Positions 48,210-61,387 of a stretch of 64,000 nt of DNA are shown piece after piece. Numbering within the stretch: the first letter of the stretch is position 1; the number at the start of each line of letters is the position of its first letter. The translations under genes were made by a program, and so were the position numbers. This DNA is from Balanoglossus misakiensis. Taxonomy: Eukaryota > Animalia > Hemichordata. The notes under the pieces are model-generated. The model made no database searches, was not told the origin of the DNA, and saw nothing but the letters and a program-made list of their open reading frames with translations. Where the stretch lies: assembly GCA_040954595.2 (NCBI GenBank), contig CM082591.2, positions 3,891,957 through 3,955,956 of the forward strand, read 5' to 3'.

Positions 48210-51200
48210 TCATCCATTTTCACACAAGGCAAAGCAGTGTCCAGCCCCTGACCCTATCTGCGCTATCCTTTCCTGAGAAAGTCCCTCTATCACTTTTGGT
48301 TCCATGACATTCTTTTCAGAGCCATCACCACACATGCCGTGTTCATTCCATCCCCAGGCTACAACACTGCCATCATCTGTACACAGATAAACATGACAAA
48401 ATGAATGTGAATCAATCACATCAAATAAGATTATACTATGATGTGAATGCCAGCATAAATTTATACATATAATTGTTATGGTTTGTGTTCAGAAAGTGTT
48501 GCGTTTGAAAAGAATATTATGGTGTATCTTCACATACCTGTCAGTACAAGATTGTGTTCAGCTCCACACACCAACTGAAAATATTTCAAACATATACAAC
48601 TATTTAAGCTTTTCAATTATGCAATCTTATTTTTTGTGTGTAAAGTGTGCTACAACTTAAATTGTGTTTTCATATTACGAGAACCATATCTAAAAGTGTT
48701 AAAAACAAAACACTCTTATCCAAAAATAGCTGTAAAGATCATCATTTCCAACTTTCTTATTCCAACATATGATGATAACCAAAATGTTCTGTACATCACC
48801 TGTTTTACGATCCCTCTAAGGGTTAGTATTTCTTTGGGCTTTCCTGTACGCTTCATCAATTCCACACCATGGCACACTTGGGATCCAATTCCTAACTGAC
48901 CATAGTCACTCCTTCCCCAGCTGTAGACATGTCCATTCTCTGTGTGGAGTCACAATTCAACTTTCGAAGTGAGAAGGGAACTTCAGGGTGGGGCCCGGGT
49001 CAAAGTAGGTGCAAATAAGTGTAACTGCTACATTGTACATTATTGCAAACAGATATTCTTTTATTTAAAAAAATAATATTTGTTCATTATCCAATGGACC
49101 AACCTGTGATCACTATTGCATGAGTCCACCCATAGTGAACTTGTTGTAATCTTTGGCCGTGAAATAAATCACTGTTTACTTTCATTGGGGCTGTCAAAAT
49201 ATCTTCCTTGGTACTTGCCAATGTTTTACTGACACCACTTGTACAATCAGTCAGCTGTTTGTACTTATTACTGCCCCAGGTGAATAACTCACCGTCACCT
49301 ACAAAAGAAACATTTCTCAGTCATTAATTAAACTTCTATACATTACTAAGTATGTTTCTACAAAGTATATCATTTGTAACACATCTATGTCTGTTTCCTG
49401 TGCTATGATTGGTCAAATCAATGTCACATGTTGTACATGTGACAGAATTACCTGTCAAACATACTGTGTGGTAGGATCCAGCTGCCACAGATATTGTGTT
49501 GTTGACATGTGGAACTGGAAGAAAAATACAATAAAAATATTAATTACTTTAGAGTAAAAATTGATAGTACATGTACAAGTATAAAAGATATAATAAAACA
49601 TTAGGTATACTCACCCTTTTCTGGTAATAGCTGCCGGTCAGGGTACCCGGTACCTGAACTACACGTTGTACCCAACTGCCCCTTCTTACCAGATCCCCAG
49701 GTCCACACTGAACCGTCACTGGCAATGGCAACGCTGTGTCGGAGTCCAGCTGCAATATCCACTGCTATGCCTTGCAGTGCCTGTGAAAAAAGGCCAAGTT
49801 CAAATTAATTTGGCTGACTTTTCCTGGTAGTTGGATTACCCTGGTTGAATACATTCCAACAGAATCATACATGCTGCTTTTATCTATACTCTCACATAAT
49901 ATTGAACTTACCTTTACTTCTTGAGGTACACAGCTGTATTTCTTAACTTCAGGAATTCCTAATTGACCATACACATTAGATCCCCATGCATACAAAGAAT
50001 TGTTCTCTATAGTTATTTTAGAGGACAGAAAGAAAACAACAATCAATTTATTACAGATGTTTAATGGATCCAAGGAGTAGGTTTAAGAGTTTGATTGTTT
50101 ATATCCATAAGCAGAAGAGGTCAGGGATGATAAAGTCAATGTTTTCTATGGTAAGTTGGACCTCTATAGAGAGAGACAGGGGGGAATACTAACATACACC
50201 CCTCCTTAAACTTTACCATAGCAATCCCACAGCAAACATGCATATTTCCCATGTGTTCTTACCAGTTACAGCTAGAGTGAAATCCCATCCACAGCTGATC
50301 TTCTTCACTGCAGGCAGCCCATCAACACGATGGAACACACTGACATTATCTGTGTGCTTGACCCCTAATTGACCTCTGCTATTCCAACCACAGCTGTAGA
50401 CATCACCAGATTCTGTGATCATAAATAAATGATATGGTTTGACCGAGTATTGTAAAAGTCAATGACATTTCACCATCATGGTTTGGTCCAAATCCATTGT
50501 TTTATATGGTGATTGCTACAGAGCTAACTAAGATGAAAGCTATATATCGACAACACTGAATTTTAATGACCAGGTGATGAGTGTCTGTATGATCAATACC
50601 TGTTAATAACACAGTGTGTCCCCCTCCTCCATGAATGGATTTGACTTTTCCTGGTACATCAGAAACTTTTTCCGGAATGTACTTGTCGTCACAGTGTCCC
50701 AATCCCAGTTGTCCATAGCTGTTAGCTCCCTATGTAGATTAAGAATAATTTCTCATATCAGATCATGAAAATATAGTTTTTCCCCTTACTACACTGACAT
50801 ATGACAAACACTTTCAAGAACCTCATTGTGTTCACACTAAAAAGTAACTTTAATGAACTCACTTACAAAAGAGAAAAGTGCAAAAAGATCGTATAAGAAG
50901 AGGAAAAATAACTGGTGAAAATACGTTTAATATTTCATGTCAAATTTGGCAGAATTGCTTGACGATGACCTGTCGGGTCAAGGTCGGAAGATAAAAAGTG
51001 GTGAAACGTACAAGGTGTTCCTTTCCCGCAGCGCCATCTATCGGCGGTACAAAAAATCAAATATTAACTTCAAGTTCAATTATTGATATGACGAAATGTT
51101 TTAAATAACAAAATAGGTGATAGATTATGGTCAGCCAAAAATAGGATGCGCCCCTTATAACTCTATTGTTCAGGATCTGTCCCAAAGCGCTACGCTACAA

Positions 51201-51250
51201 AACCGCGGATAAAGCGTGCGAGAGTTCAACACACTCACCCACGAATACAT
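48210..51250 (-). CDS. SERGEF: RCC1-repeat protein, secretion-regulating GEF (DelGEF)-like, about 10 exons
   Basis: MYSW|GANSYGQLGLGHCDD..., GGGGHTV, YSCGWNSRGQLG, SCGWDFT, AWGSNVYGQLG, AAGLRHSVA, SWGRSDYGQLG, AWGWNEHGMCGDG, GSGAGHCFAL. The motif order matches SERGEF. Confidence 0.85.
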
Positions 51251-51259
51251 ACTCCATTA

Positions 51260-51500
51260 CGAAACCAAACAAGTGTCCCAGAATTCAGTTTGAGAGGAGA
51301 TTAGCCATGTAAATGAGATGATAATTAGATTATAATGAGAACTATTTGGTCACATGATGGTCATGTGACTACGTTTCGCCATTTTAATTGGAAAGGCGTC
51401 TCTGGCTGGTATAGGACAGCGAGGGTAGTCGTTTTCCTATTCGTTGGCCGTTGTATCCTTACATTTACAGCCAATCAGATCTTCTTCTTTTACCTGTAAG
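51260..51500. promoter_or_regulatory. Bidirectional promoter between SERGEF and NFYA
   Basis: Divergent genes. AGCCAATCAG at about 51469, GTCACATGA/GTCATGTGAC E-boxes, YY1-like CGCCATTTT. Donor CCT|GTAAGT at about 51495 suggests a short non-coding NFYA exon 1. Confidence 0.6.
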
Positions 51501-52335
51501 TCACTAATTTTCTTTCCTTTGGTCGAAATATTGCCCAGTCAGCTGTGGGGCGCGAGATTCGTGTCTGAGAGGGGCGAAAATAGCCGGGAAGCTAGTATTC
51601 GGGTTGAGGGAAATGCCAGACTCGGTTATCGCAACGCCGAGACTTTGCTTTTGTCTGCCATGACATGACGCTTGCTCAATATATCTTTGTGTCAGCACAA
51701 ATTCTGTTCGAGACCGGATCGGAGCTCTCTCTGACTGATCGAGGTGACCAGAAATGCTTCCTTTTCGCAATCGATCAATATTTTGTTTAATTTTAAATGT
51801 TATGTCCGCGGAAAGATTGGGTTTTCTGACCACGATCGGCGACTGATCGTTGAGACCTTGGGGCCGTCGCGTCGAGCTCGAAACGTACACAAGCCCGCGT
51901 CCGCGCGTAGAAATGGACGCGGCGCGGACGCCTTGCGTTTACAGCTGGACGCAGTCCCCATAAACTGCACTGATCGCAGCATACTTATTCTAAAATTGTT
52001 TTATTCAATTGCATGTACTTGTAAGCAAACCCTGGCCATTATCCATACAACAGTGCATTGTTTACAATTTTACATGACGTTTTCAAAATTCTCAGATAAT
52101 TTATACCCCAATAGGAAATTAACATGACCACTTAGTAAAGAAAATAAACTGGACAAGTGCTGTCAAAGTTTGAAACTGCATGGGACTATAACAATAACTG
52201 TAAGCTGTAGCCTAGTGTAGCATAGTACCATACGATTGACCAGAACCTTAGAATTTACATGAACACTGTACAAACAGAAAATCATGTTTTTTTGTGTGTT
52301 TACACTAACAGGGTTTGTGAGAATCCAGAATTAAG

Positions 52336-54524
52336 ATGGAAGGCACAGCAGTGGCACAAACCATCAACACTGACCAAATAGCAATACAGACCATACCCCA
52401 GCAACAGCCTGCCTCCCAGCAACAGACAATACCGGTCACCACGGCAACACAGGTACAAGGAGGGCAACAGCTGCAAGTGCCACAGGTACATGACATGAAA
52501 TTGACAAAACTGAGCTGCAACCCTGATGCATATTATTAACCCTTTCACGACCATGGTTTGGTCCAAATCCATTGTTTTCTATGGTAAAATTGGACGTCTA
52601 TAGAGGGAACTGGGGGTGAAAGGGTAAATTCTGTGCATGTATTCATTTTTTCAGACAAATCTCCATCAATTGAAATCTACCCTCTACATCCATTTTCGTC
52701 TATTAAATTTAATATTTCTGTTGTATTTTTTTCAGGTTGTTCAGGTCGGGTCAGGTGGTAGTCAGGTGATTCAGACAGCCAATGGACAACAGATACTGTT
52801 GCAGCTTCCACAGCAACAGTTACAAGCATTGCAGTCTGGACAAACAACCATACAGATCCCGGTGTCGGGGACACAGGTACAACAGGTAAGAGTATGATCA
52901 CCATGACAGCAGCCAATCAGGTACAGCTGATTAGAGTCTAATTACCATGGCAACAGCCAGTCAGGTACAACTTACGACAAACTACAAGTTAGTAGTAAAA
53001 GTTAATGTATACTTCATTATGTGTACTTGATTGACAGTTCCAAGTAGTGCAGCCTCAGCAAATTCAAGTTCAGAGTGGCCAGCAGGTTCAGCAAGGTCAA
53101 GGTCAGCCGCAGCAGATCATCATCCAGCAGCCGGCCACGCAGCAGGCGGGGCAGGCAACCGCGGCAACCACCCAGCTGCAACAGCTGGTGACGACCGACG
53201 GACAGACTATATTCTACCAACCGGTGGCGGCGACAGAGACCAACCAACAGCAAGCGACTGTGGTGCAGCAGGGGCAGATCCAACAAAATAGTGAGTCTTT
53301 TCAACCCTTTCACCCCTGTGTCCCTGTGTAGAGGTCCAGCTTTACCACAGGAAACAGTAGATTTGGATCAAACCATGGCTGTATATAGGTTACTATTCTG
53401 ATTGGTTACCAGTTGTATTGTTACTCTGATTAGCTGATCAAAATTTATGGTAGCCTCGCTCTGATTGGTAGAAATGTATCATACTTTAACATATACTGCA
53501 TTGCAGGCGGTGTTATCCAGGTGCAGTCGTCAGCACAACCGGCACAGACAGCAGCAGCACCATCGGTAATGACAGTACCTGTAGCAGGCAACTCAGCTGG
53601 AGGCATGGTCATGGTAGGTAGCCTCCACTTGACCTTTGACATGATATCTTGACCTTTGACACATTAACATTGAAACACAGATTTTGTGCTTTGGGTACAT
53701 TGTTGGATTGACAAATGCAGATTTCTAATGTGACCTATTATTTTGCCAGCAAATGGTGACCGGCTCAGCAGGGGGAGTGCCGACAATGCAGAGAATACCC
53801 TTACCGGGGGCGGAACTCCTAGAGGAAGAGCCCCTATACGTCAACGCAAAACAGTACCACAGAATTTTAAAACGAAGGCAGGCCAGGGCGAAACTTGAAG
53901 CAGAAGGAAAAATTCCGAAGGAAAGGAAGGTGAGGAAGTTTTTCAATCACTCGAGTGCTGGTTGGGCCCAACTACTCACGACCAGCGTTGGTAGAGCCCT
54001 GAGTGTGTAAGTTCCTAGAAATAAATCTATCCTACCTGTGCTTTTTCTGCAGAAATATTTACACGAGTCTCGACACAAGCATGCCATGAACCGTGTCCGT
54101 GGTGAAGGCGGGCGATTCCACTCCGGCTGTAGGGATGACGAAAACGGTGATGAGATGGGACACATGCCGCAGGTGAGCTTCCATTCAAATTTGAAATTCA
54201 AAATGGCCGCCAATCTCTGAGTTAACTATGTGGAACTCCCAGTTTTCTTCTCTGTTTACAAAAAAGACGGTGTGTGCTACCTTAAATAACTATAAAAGAT
54301 GGTAGAGTAGACTTTGTTCAGTTCACCAATGCAACAGGAATCAGCTAAAAGTACTACATCAATGACATATTCTTTTCTGATTTTTTTTGGTCGAACAGAA
54401 CGGAGCATCGGCAAACACATTGCCACTTCTGCACGACGTTTCCGGCGAAGGGCTCATCAGCATCGATCAGCATGACTTAGTCTCCGTACAGCCGCCGGAC
54501 GGCAGTCAAAATGGCGACCACTAG
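52336..54524 (+). CDS. NFYA: Nuclear transcription factor Y subunit alpha
   Basis: Exons 52336-52485, 52736-52885, 53038-53290, 53507-53613, 53750-53929, 54053-54172, 54399-54524. Q-rich activation domain, then [26 protein letters not shown]...[22 protein letters not shown]. Confidence 0.96.
52536..52628. mobile_element. About 90-bp piggyBac-like MITE (dispersed family, about 7 copies in window)
   Basis: TTAA-CCCTTTCAC...GTGAAAGGG-TAAA with core CCATGGTTTGGTCCAAATCCATTGTTTTCTATGGTAA. Other copies or fragments at about 22060-22150, 25435-25510, 39590-39643, 50140-50186, 50465-50510, 53301-53392. Confidence 0.75.
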
Positions 54525-57149
54525 CACCTGCTTGTAGGAAACTGCAGTTGTCAAGAATTGTTATCTATACAAGAAGACCTTGTTCAGGCTTGGCCTCGAT
54601 GAAATTCAGGATATGCTGTTTTTCTTGTCCAACTTTCACCTGTAGTATCAATCACTTCAGCTATTTTCTTCATGTGAGCTTAGAAAATGTGCACTAAATT
54701 AGTGAGAATACTGCAACGGCCATTTGTAAGTTGCAGACCTATACAGCTACAGATTTTGAAAATTGTAAACAAATATGGCTGCTTATTCTTTCTTCTTGTC
54801 AAATTTTGTTATCAAATATTGGGAATGGCTGGGTTTTGAACCCCATAAGACTCCATAAAGCAAAGTTTTGAATTTTTTTCTTCAGAAATATATCCTTTTA
54901 TGTTGTGCGTTCAACTGTAAGAAAGAATCATGCTTTTAAAATGGCAACCTTCAGCCACTTTTTAACGTATATGCCAGGCTTAAGAATCCGACAAAAATAA
55001 CATGCAGGATATTTTGATAGATTCAGAGCAAGAATTGTTTATGTCCTGGTCGTCACTAATTTTATTCATGCCAATATTTCAGTACCAGCATTTGCTATAA
55101 ATTATTTTAGTTGTATCGTCTATGCTGCCACGATTGGTACCAGAAAGCTGTGTTTCGATTGGTCAATACCCAACAGCTGCGATGTTTTTAAACGTTTTTA
55201 GCCTATCAGAACGCCTGTTGTGTTACACCCTATGGCTTTCCCAAATAGCTCTGCTGTTGTAAATCTGTGTGATAGGTAGTTTAAGAAATACATTCGGAGA
55301 AATGTAGTTTTTACTGTAAAATTAACCAAGTTTTATTCTCCCACTAGGAACCGAACTAACAGGTAACAACTGATGCATATAAAATAAAACAGCATTAACA
55401 TAAATTAATGCTGGAAGAAAAAAAACATATTTATAATGACAAATATTTTAATATTTAAATAGGTGGCAGACAATCTTTGCCACTCCAGGCTTTTGATATT
55501 CAAACTTATATTTCATTATTCAAATGTTAACATGTCTGTTTAATGTCAGAGTGACTGTTTCTGTCTTCTTGTATGTGTTTGATTTTAATACTTAATAGCG
55601 TATATTTTTCTAGGTATTCTGCAATTTTGGCGCTGCTATTTTTACATTTCAATGTCTTGTGTTAATCTTGAAATGTATGTTTTAGAAATAGCGATTTCAT
55701 TGTATCATGTCCTGTCCCAATTTTAGGGAACACTTATTTTGTGCTTACAGTATTTTGAACCACCACCCTTTTAGTAGAAAGTATAATCTACTTGTCTTAG
55801 GGGGGGGGGGGGAAGGGGAGGGGCTACATTTAGAGGGACCAACATTTGTGATACTGCCGATATGGTAAACCAAGTGTTTTGAAGCCTGTTATAGGTACAT
55901 AGATTTGTCAGCCTGTTCTTGAGTTATGTGAATTTGGCCTGCAAACTTATATTTGTGTTTTATCTTTTCCAAAGAATTTGCATCTTTGTATTTTAATATC
56001 TGTGTGACCATGCTTATACTTGACTTCAATCTCTTTTGACTTGAAAGAACATGTTTTTATCATGTTCACGTCCTTTGAACTATCACAGCATTACTTCACG
56101 AGTATTCTGACTTCTGGCAGATTTCATCAGGTCATGGAGAGTTCAAATGTCAAAGTGCAAAGGTCAAACTCACAGAAATGTACTAATTATACATTTAATT
56201 GATATTTCAGATGCAAAAGGTAGCGAAACTACTTCCTGAGAATTGAAAAAAGATTTTATAATACGAAGAAGTATCTAATTAATCTCAAAATATTTTTTTT
56301 ATTCATGTGTACTGTAAGCCGATATTTTAAGCTGCATCTATGCTTTTAGACCAGTGTCATCAGTTGTCTAATTTTTGTCCATCTTCCACACTCTGACATC
56401 AGTCAATATGATAATGAAAATAAAGACATCGAAAATACACATGTGCCTCATGAATATTTAATATGTACAGCCTTCTCCCTGGTATATCAACCCCAACAGG
56501 AAGGTTATGCTCAGCTGATAACCTGATTGTATGCACAGCAAAGCAAAACAAAACAAAACAAAAAGAAAAAGAAAACTATTACTGATACTAAGCTTTTCTA
56601 CCGAAATAAGTACCTGATACCTAGAACTGAATCTAACTCTGAATTATGAAATCACACCCTAAGAACACTTCTTGATAAGGACAGATTTTCTGTGTAGGTT
56701 TCACTGTACACTGAGACTTCAATATGCCAACTATTATCAATGGTAGTACTATCCATTGGCAAGTAATCTTTCCTCTATATATTATATCTATCTCTATGCT
56801 ATACACAAAACAGATGAGTAAATAGATATTTGTATATCTCTATCAATAAGAACAAGCAGAATAAATTATTAAAAGTTAACTTACTTTTGATTTGGTTTCA
56901 ATGAATGGTACTCACAGACAACATAAAGTCAAAAAATTGGAATGAAATCTCACTAAGGTTAACTCACTGAGCACATAGTGTGTAGGTTATGACGTGTGTG
57001 ATGCGACAGCATTCTTAGCAATTTACCTACATATTCTGAGAGTTTGGTGTACTGCGTAAAAACACCATCTACATAATCCACTTTATCATGGAATGTTCAG
57101 CCTCAGAGAATCTGACTATGCAAATCTTGAAAACAGAAGAGACAGGTAT

Positions 57150-60100
57150 CTAGCTGTCTAGACCACCCCAACTTAGATTTGCTACGTCGATCTCGTCTTC
57201 CCCGATGTACCCGCTGAGATTGAGCTCGCTGAGAAATTTGTTGAAGCTCTGATTGTGGTCGTGTTTGTGATGGTCCCGGCCGGATTTCAGCGGTGTCAGG
57301 CCAGCGAGTCCAAGCTCACTCAAGGAGCCTATCCTCAGCGACCCACAGCCGTCGAGTTTGATTCTACCCGGGCTGGTCAGCTTGGGCGAGCCCAGACCGA
57401 AGCAGGCGCCGTCCAGTCTCGGGAAATCCAGCGGTCCGTCTGTACAGTCCACGCCGGTCATCTTTTCCGGGGTTATCCGTAAATCGCTGGCCATGGACAG
57501 GGTGTCTAGTTTCACCTTTCCGGGAGTCGAGAAGCTGCCTCTCACCGGAGATAGGCCGAACGGGAGTCTGATATCGCCCAGCGATTCCATACCACTGTCA
57601 ATGTTTTCTAACATTTTCAGCGGAGTGATTCCAGTCAAGGGAGACATGCTGGGACTCGCCGCACCCGCTTTCTTATTGGGTGTCGACGTCAGAGCCTTGC
57701 TCTCCCTTGGCGGAGTTTTTGTCAAAAACTTGAACGTGGACGTGTCAAAGTCCTCCAAACTGCCGAGCATATCCGATAAATAGCTGTTCAAATCTATGTT
57801 CTCTTGGAGGCCCTGCTGTTCGTCCAGAGTCTCTTTGGACATTTTCGTTTTTTTGCTCTTCCGTGATCTCAAGATGATCGGTTTCGATCGTTCCGACACT
57901 CTCGGCCAACTGTTGTGTTCCCTTGCTTCTCTAGAGTGTCCGTGGCTGTCCTTCGATGAACTGGTCTGAGCGCTGGTGTGTGTGAGCACCTTGTATTGAC
58001 CACGGTGGTGTTTTGAACCACGTAGGCTCAGCTTCGTACTCGGTTGACTGCGGTTCACTTTTGACACACCACGCTGCTTGGAACCACTCGACTGGTTATG
58101 CATACGGTGAGCCTCGCCCGGCAAACTGTGGCTCTGCTCGGCCTCGGAAATCTGCGACTCCATCCCTGAATCCACAGTGGTGGATAGATCCAGCATTCCT
58201 TGTCCGGACGACACATTACCCCGACTGGAATTCAAACTCACTTCCGTATAACTGCCGTCTCCAAAAACGCTCACTTTCGGGTCAATTTTCACCTTCTTGT
58301 TCACGTGTCTCTCCCGCGACCCCTCTCTCTTCCTTTTCCCTGTCTGATCAACGACAGACCTAGAAGTGGATTCCCTGCCAGGGTTGGCCGGAAGGATGGT
58401 TGGAGTTGTCGGAGGGGCCAGTGGAACGGACGGAGGGGCTGGAGCCAGCATGGGCTGTGGGTTGGTCGTTGTTGTTGTTGCTGCTGCTGTTGTTTGCACC
58501 ATAATTGGTATGATAGCAAAGGACTGTGTCAGGCGTGGTAGAATCGGAGTGTTTTTACTCTTCAAAACTGTAAGACATGCAACACGAGGACAGCATGAAT
58601 AACTATACCATAGTACACAACCACGTTCAGACACATACTCAATGTTTACTACAGTATTCAATACACACAAAATCATGGAGTCCTATATCAGCTGATCACT
58701 CTAACAAGCTTACCATTTTTTCTCGCATCCACATCATTGGAGGGAAGCAGTGAAGTATACACCGGCGAATAAACCACCCCCTGTGGACCAATCACGGGGC
58801 TCGCGGGCAGGTACCCGAAATTCAGAGGCGTGTGAGGTCTGGGCTTGGCTTCCTCCTTGAGCTTCCAGAATGAAGGCTTGCCGGATTCTTGTGGTTTCTC
58901 TCGCACGAATATATCATGGAGAGATAGGTTGTGTCGGATGGAATTCTAAATGAACGACAAATTAGTTTAGAGTCAACATACAAATCATAAACAATGCTTT
59001 CCGAATTTTGTCTAAACTACACTTTCCCCCTATATTGTGGTCATATGTTGCCAACCAATAAATACCAGTACTACAGTTCATGAAAAAGCAATCCATACCT
59101 TCCAGCCCAGCTTGGCTGTTTTAAAATACGGAAAATTGGTCTCAATCCACATATAGATTTCCTGCAGTGTCATCTTCTTCTGTGGTTTACTGCTAATGGC
59201 AAACTGTATCATAGACATGTAGGAATAGGAGGGGCGCTTGTGACAACCTTCATTGATGTGCTGTAAGGAAATCATATTGGTTCAAGCTCCATTAGCTGTA
59301 ACTTTTCGCAGTGTTTTTAATATTTTTGTTTCATGTATCTGCTAGTTTCTGGTTCAAATCCCTGAAGCAATATTAAACTTTATTAACATCGAAATTAGTA
59401 TCATCTCATAGCACATCTTGTTTTTAGCAACAGATATATTCACTCACCGTGTTTGCTTTTGACTTCTGTTTGTCCTGCATACTGATCTCCAAGTCCGGAT
59501 TGATGCTGGCCCCACCCAACCAGTTGATGTTGGTCAGGCTGTCATTCATCGCTTGTTGCCTGGCAGCAGTGTCGTCATGGTGATTGACTGCTGCGGTCAC
59601 AAGAGAGACATCCCGGCCGGTAACACTTTTCTGATTTGCAGCGATTTTGATCTCGCTATCTTGGACATTCCTCTTCTTCTGCAGAACAAATTTATTCATC
59701 ATGGATCTCGTTGCAGTGGGAAGGTTTACCTTGGTGGGTTTGCCCTGGTGGGAAGAAACTTGAACTAACTTTGCTGCGGCAGTTTCATTCCCAACGTTCC
59801 TCTCGCCAAATTTGCCCCACATCTCCTTTCCCATTTCACGTTTCACAAACGACACCGACGGTTCCCGCGTCCCCAGATTCTCGCTTTCGGTTTTCACTTT
59901 GGGGTGACGCAGGATAATGACTTTCCTCACATTCTTCTGGCTGATATTAGCCCTCTGCAGGAGCGTCTTCACGCCTTTGTCGCTGAGATCAACGGTCTCG
60001 CCGCTCTTCAGGGTCACCCGGCCTCGGGTGACATTCGTCCGATTTGTCGGGAAGTCCAAATTCTCAGCGGACGGATCTCCATTCGGCGCCGTTGACACAA

Positions 60101-60176
60101 GTGTGTATTTCCCATCTTTGCTGCCATACAGCATTTTCCGGATATTGTTGTGAGTGCCAGTGGCCGACATTGCCAT
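57150..60176 (-). CDS. FOXM1: Forkhead box protein M1
   Basis: Exons 60176-59448 ([10 protein letters not shown]), 59260-59099 ([47 protein letters not shown]), 58945-58714 ([16 protein letters not shown]...SFWKL), 58567-57150 (many S/TP sites; C-terminal [13 protein letters not shown]...ANLSW transactivation-like tail). The start codon is inferred. Confidence 0.9.
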
Positions 60177-60959
60177 TACTGCCTTAGTCACCTTAAGGTC
60201 ACGCAAAATACTATGTCAAATGGATCTATCTGAAGAATATGTGTACATTTGAAAATCTATCACATATCATTTCTTCATTTTTATACTTTCAGTTTGGCAT
60301 TTTGATCACCTGAAAGTGGAAAAAAAATGTGATAAGTTTTGAAATTTCATTTTAAATTAAATTATCATTTTTATAGCTGTAAAGTGTCACATATTACACT
60401 ATTAAATTACGCCATACTTGATCATTAAATAAAGAAGTAACTTGTGACTACATTTTAGGTATTTTTCATTCCTGTATCCACTATGATAGTTTCTCATGCC
60501 AAGTATTGAGCTTGTCGACCACAGCCTATGTCTATTAATATCAATTTCAACATTGTTGTTCTATTTCTGGAGGAAATACGAGTACCACCGTAATCAATTG
60601 CAGCTCAGTGGTTGTTCCACATACAGGCCAAAAGATCTGTGATCATAACAGTGCATAAACAACCAAATCAAATTCCGATCAAGATTATTACATTTCACAA
60701 TAAAAGTAAAGAACCACAACAAACACATGTAGTAAATTTCATAAACAATCAATGGGTGGTTTATGATCATTCCCTGTCGTTTTGCTTCACAATATTGTGC
60801 TTCTTTCGGTCACCAGCTGTGGCTTGAATCATTACGGGATAATCAAATTAAAATTGATAAACACTTTACCTTATCTAGAAACCTGTTTCTTACGAACCAG
60901 CGTGTGTGACACCAAAGGTGTGAATGGGGCAGAAGGCGACGGCATGCAGGAATTCCTTG

Positions 60960-61387
60960 TGAATCTTCGAACTGTTTTTAAATTTCCGTCTCGAACCTCG
61001 TTAGCCAATGAACGTCCAGTATTCTCTGGTCTCGTCTGAAGTCTCGTTGGGCTGTATGTAAAACCGTATTCTATTGGCCCATAAGGCTACACAATGCTCA
61101 GCACTATTTTTATTTTACTGACCCAAGTTGCACATTTTCACGCACATTTTGGCACATTGGGTTCATTATCCAAGTAAACAGTTCCCATCTCACAGGGAAA
61201 GGAGTACGTTTCTTCTCATTCAAGCAAACGCCAGGGAAATTGTGACGAGGACTTCGACCAATCAAACTCTAGTTTTCATTGTAATGTCACATTTAACCTT
61301 TGACCTAAAATGGCGTTAGCCAGGGAATTTTAAATTCGCTAAGTCGCATGACTGACCATTTTACGGCGTTGTATATTGATTTGAAGC
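60960..61387. promoter_or_regulatory. Bidirectional cell-cycle-type promoter FOXM1/RHNO1
   Basis: CCAAT boxes at 61005, 61073 (ATTGG) and 61258. CHR-like TTTAAA at 60977 and 61329, TTTGAA at 61380. YY1-like AAAATGGCG at about 61307. FOXM1 non-coding exon donor at about 60870. Confidence 0.6.

Noticed and set aside
58568-58676. N-terminal part of the 508-aa ORF read as a stand-alone gene
   Set aside because: Intronic read-through; the ORF is the last exon of FOXM1 starting at 58567.
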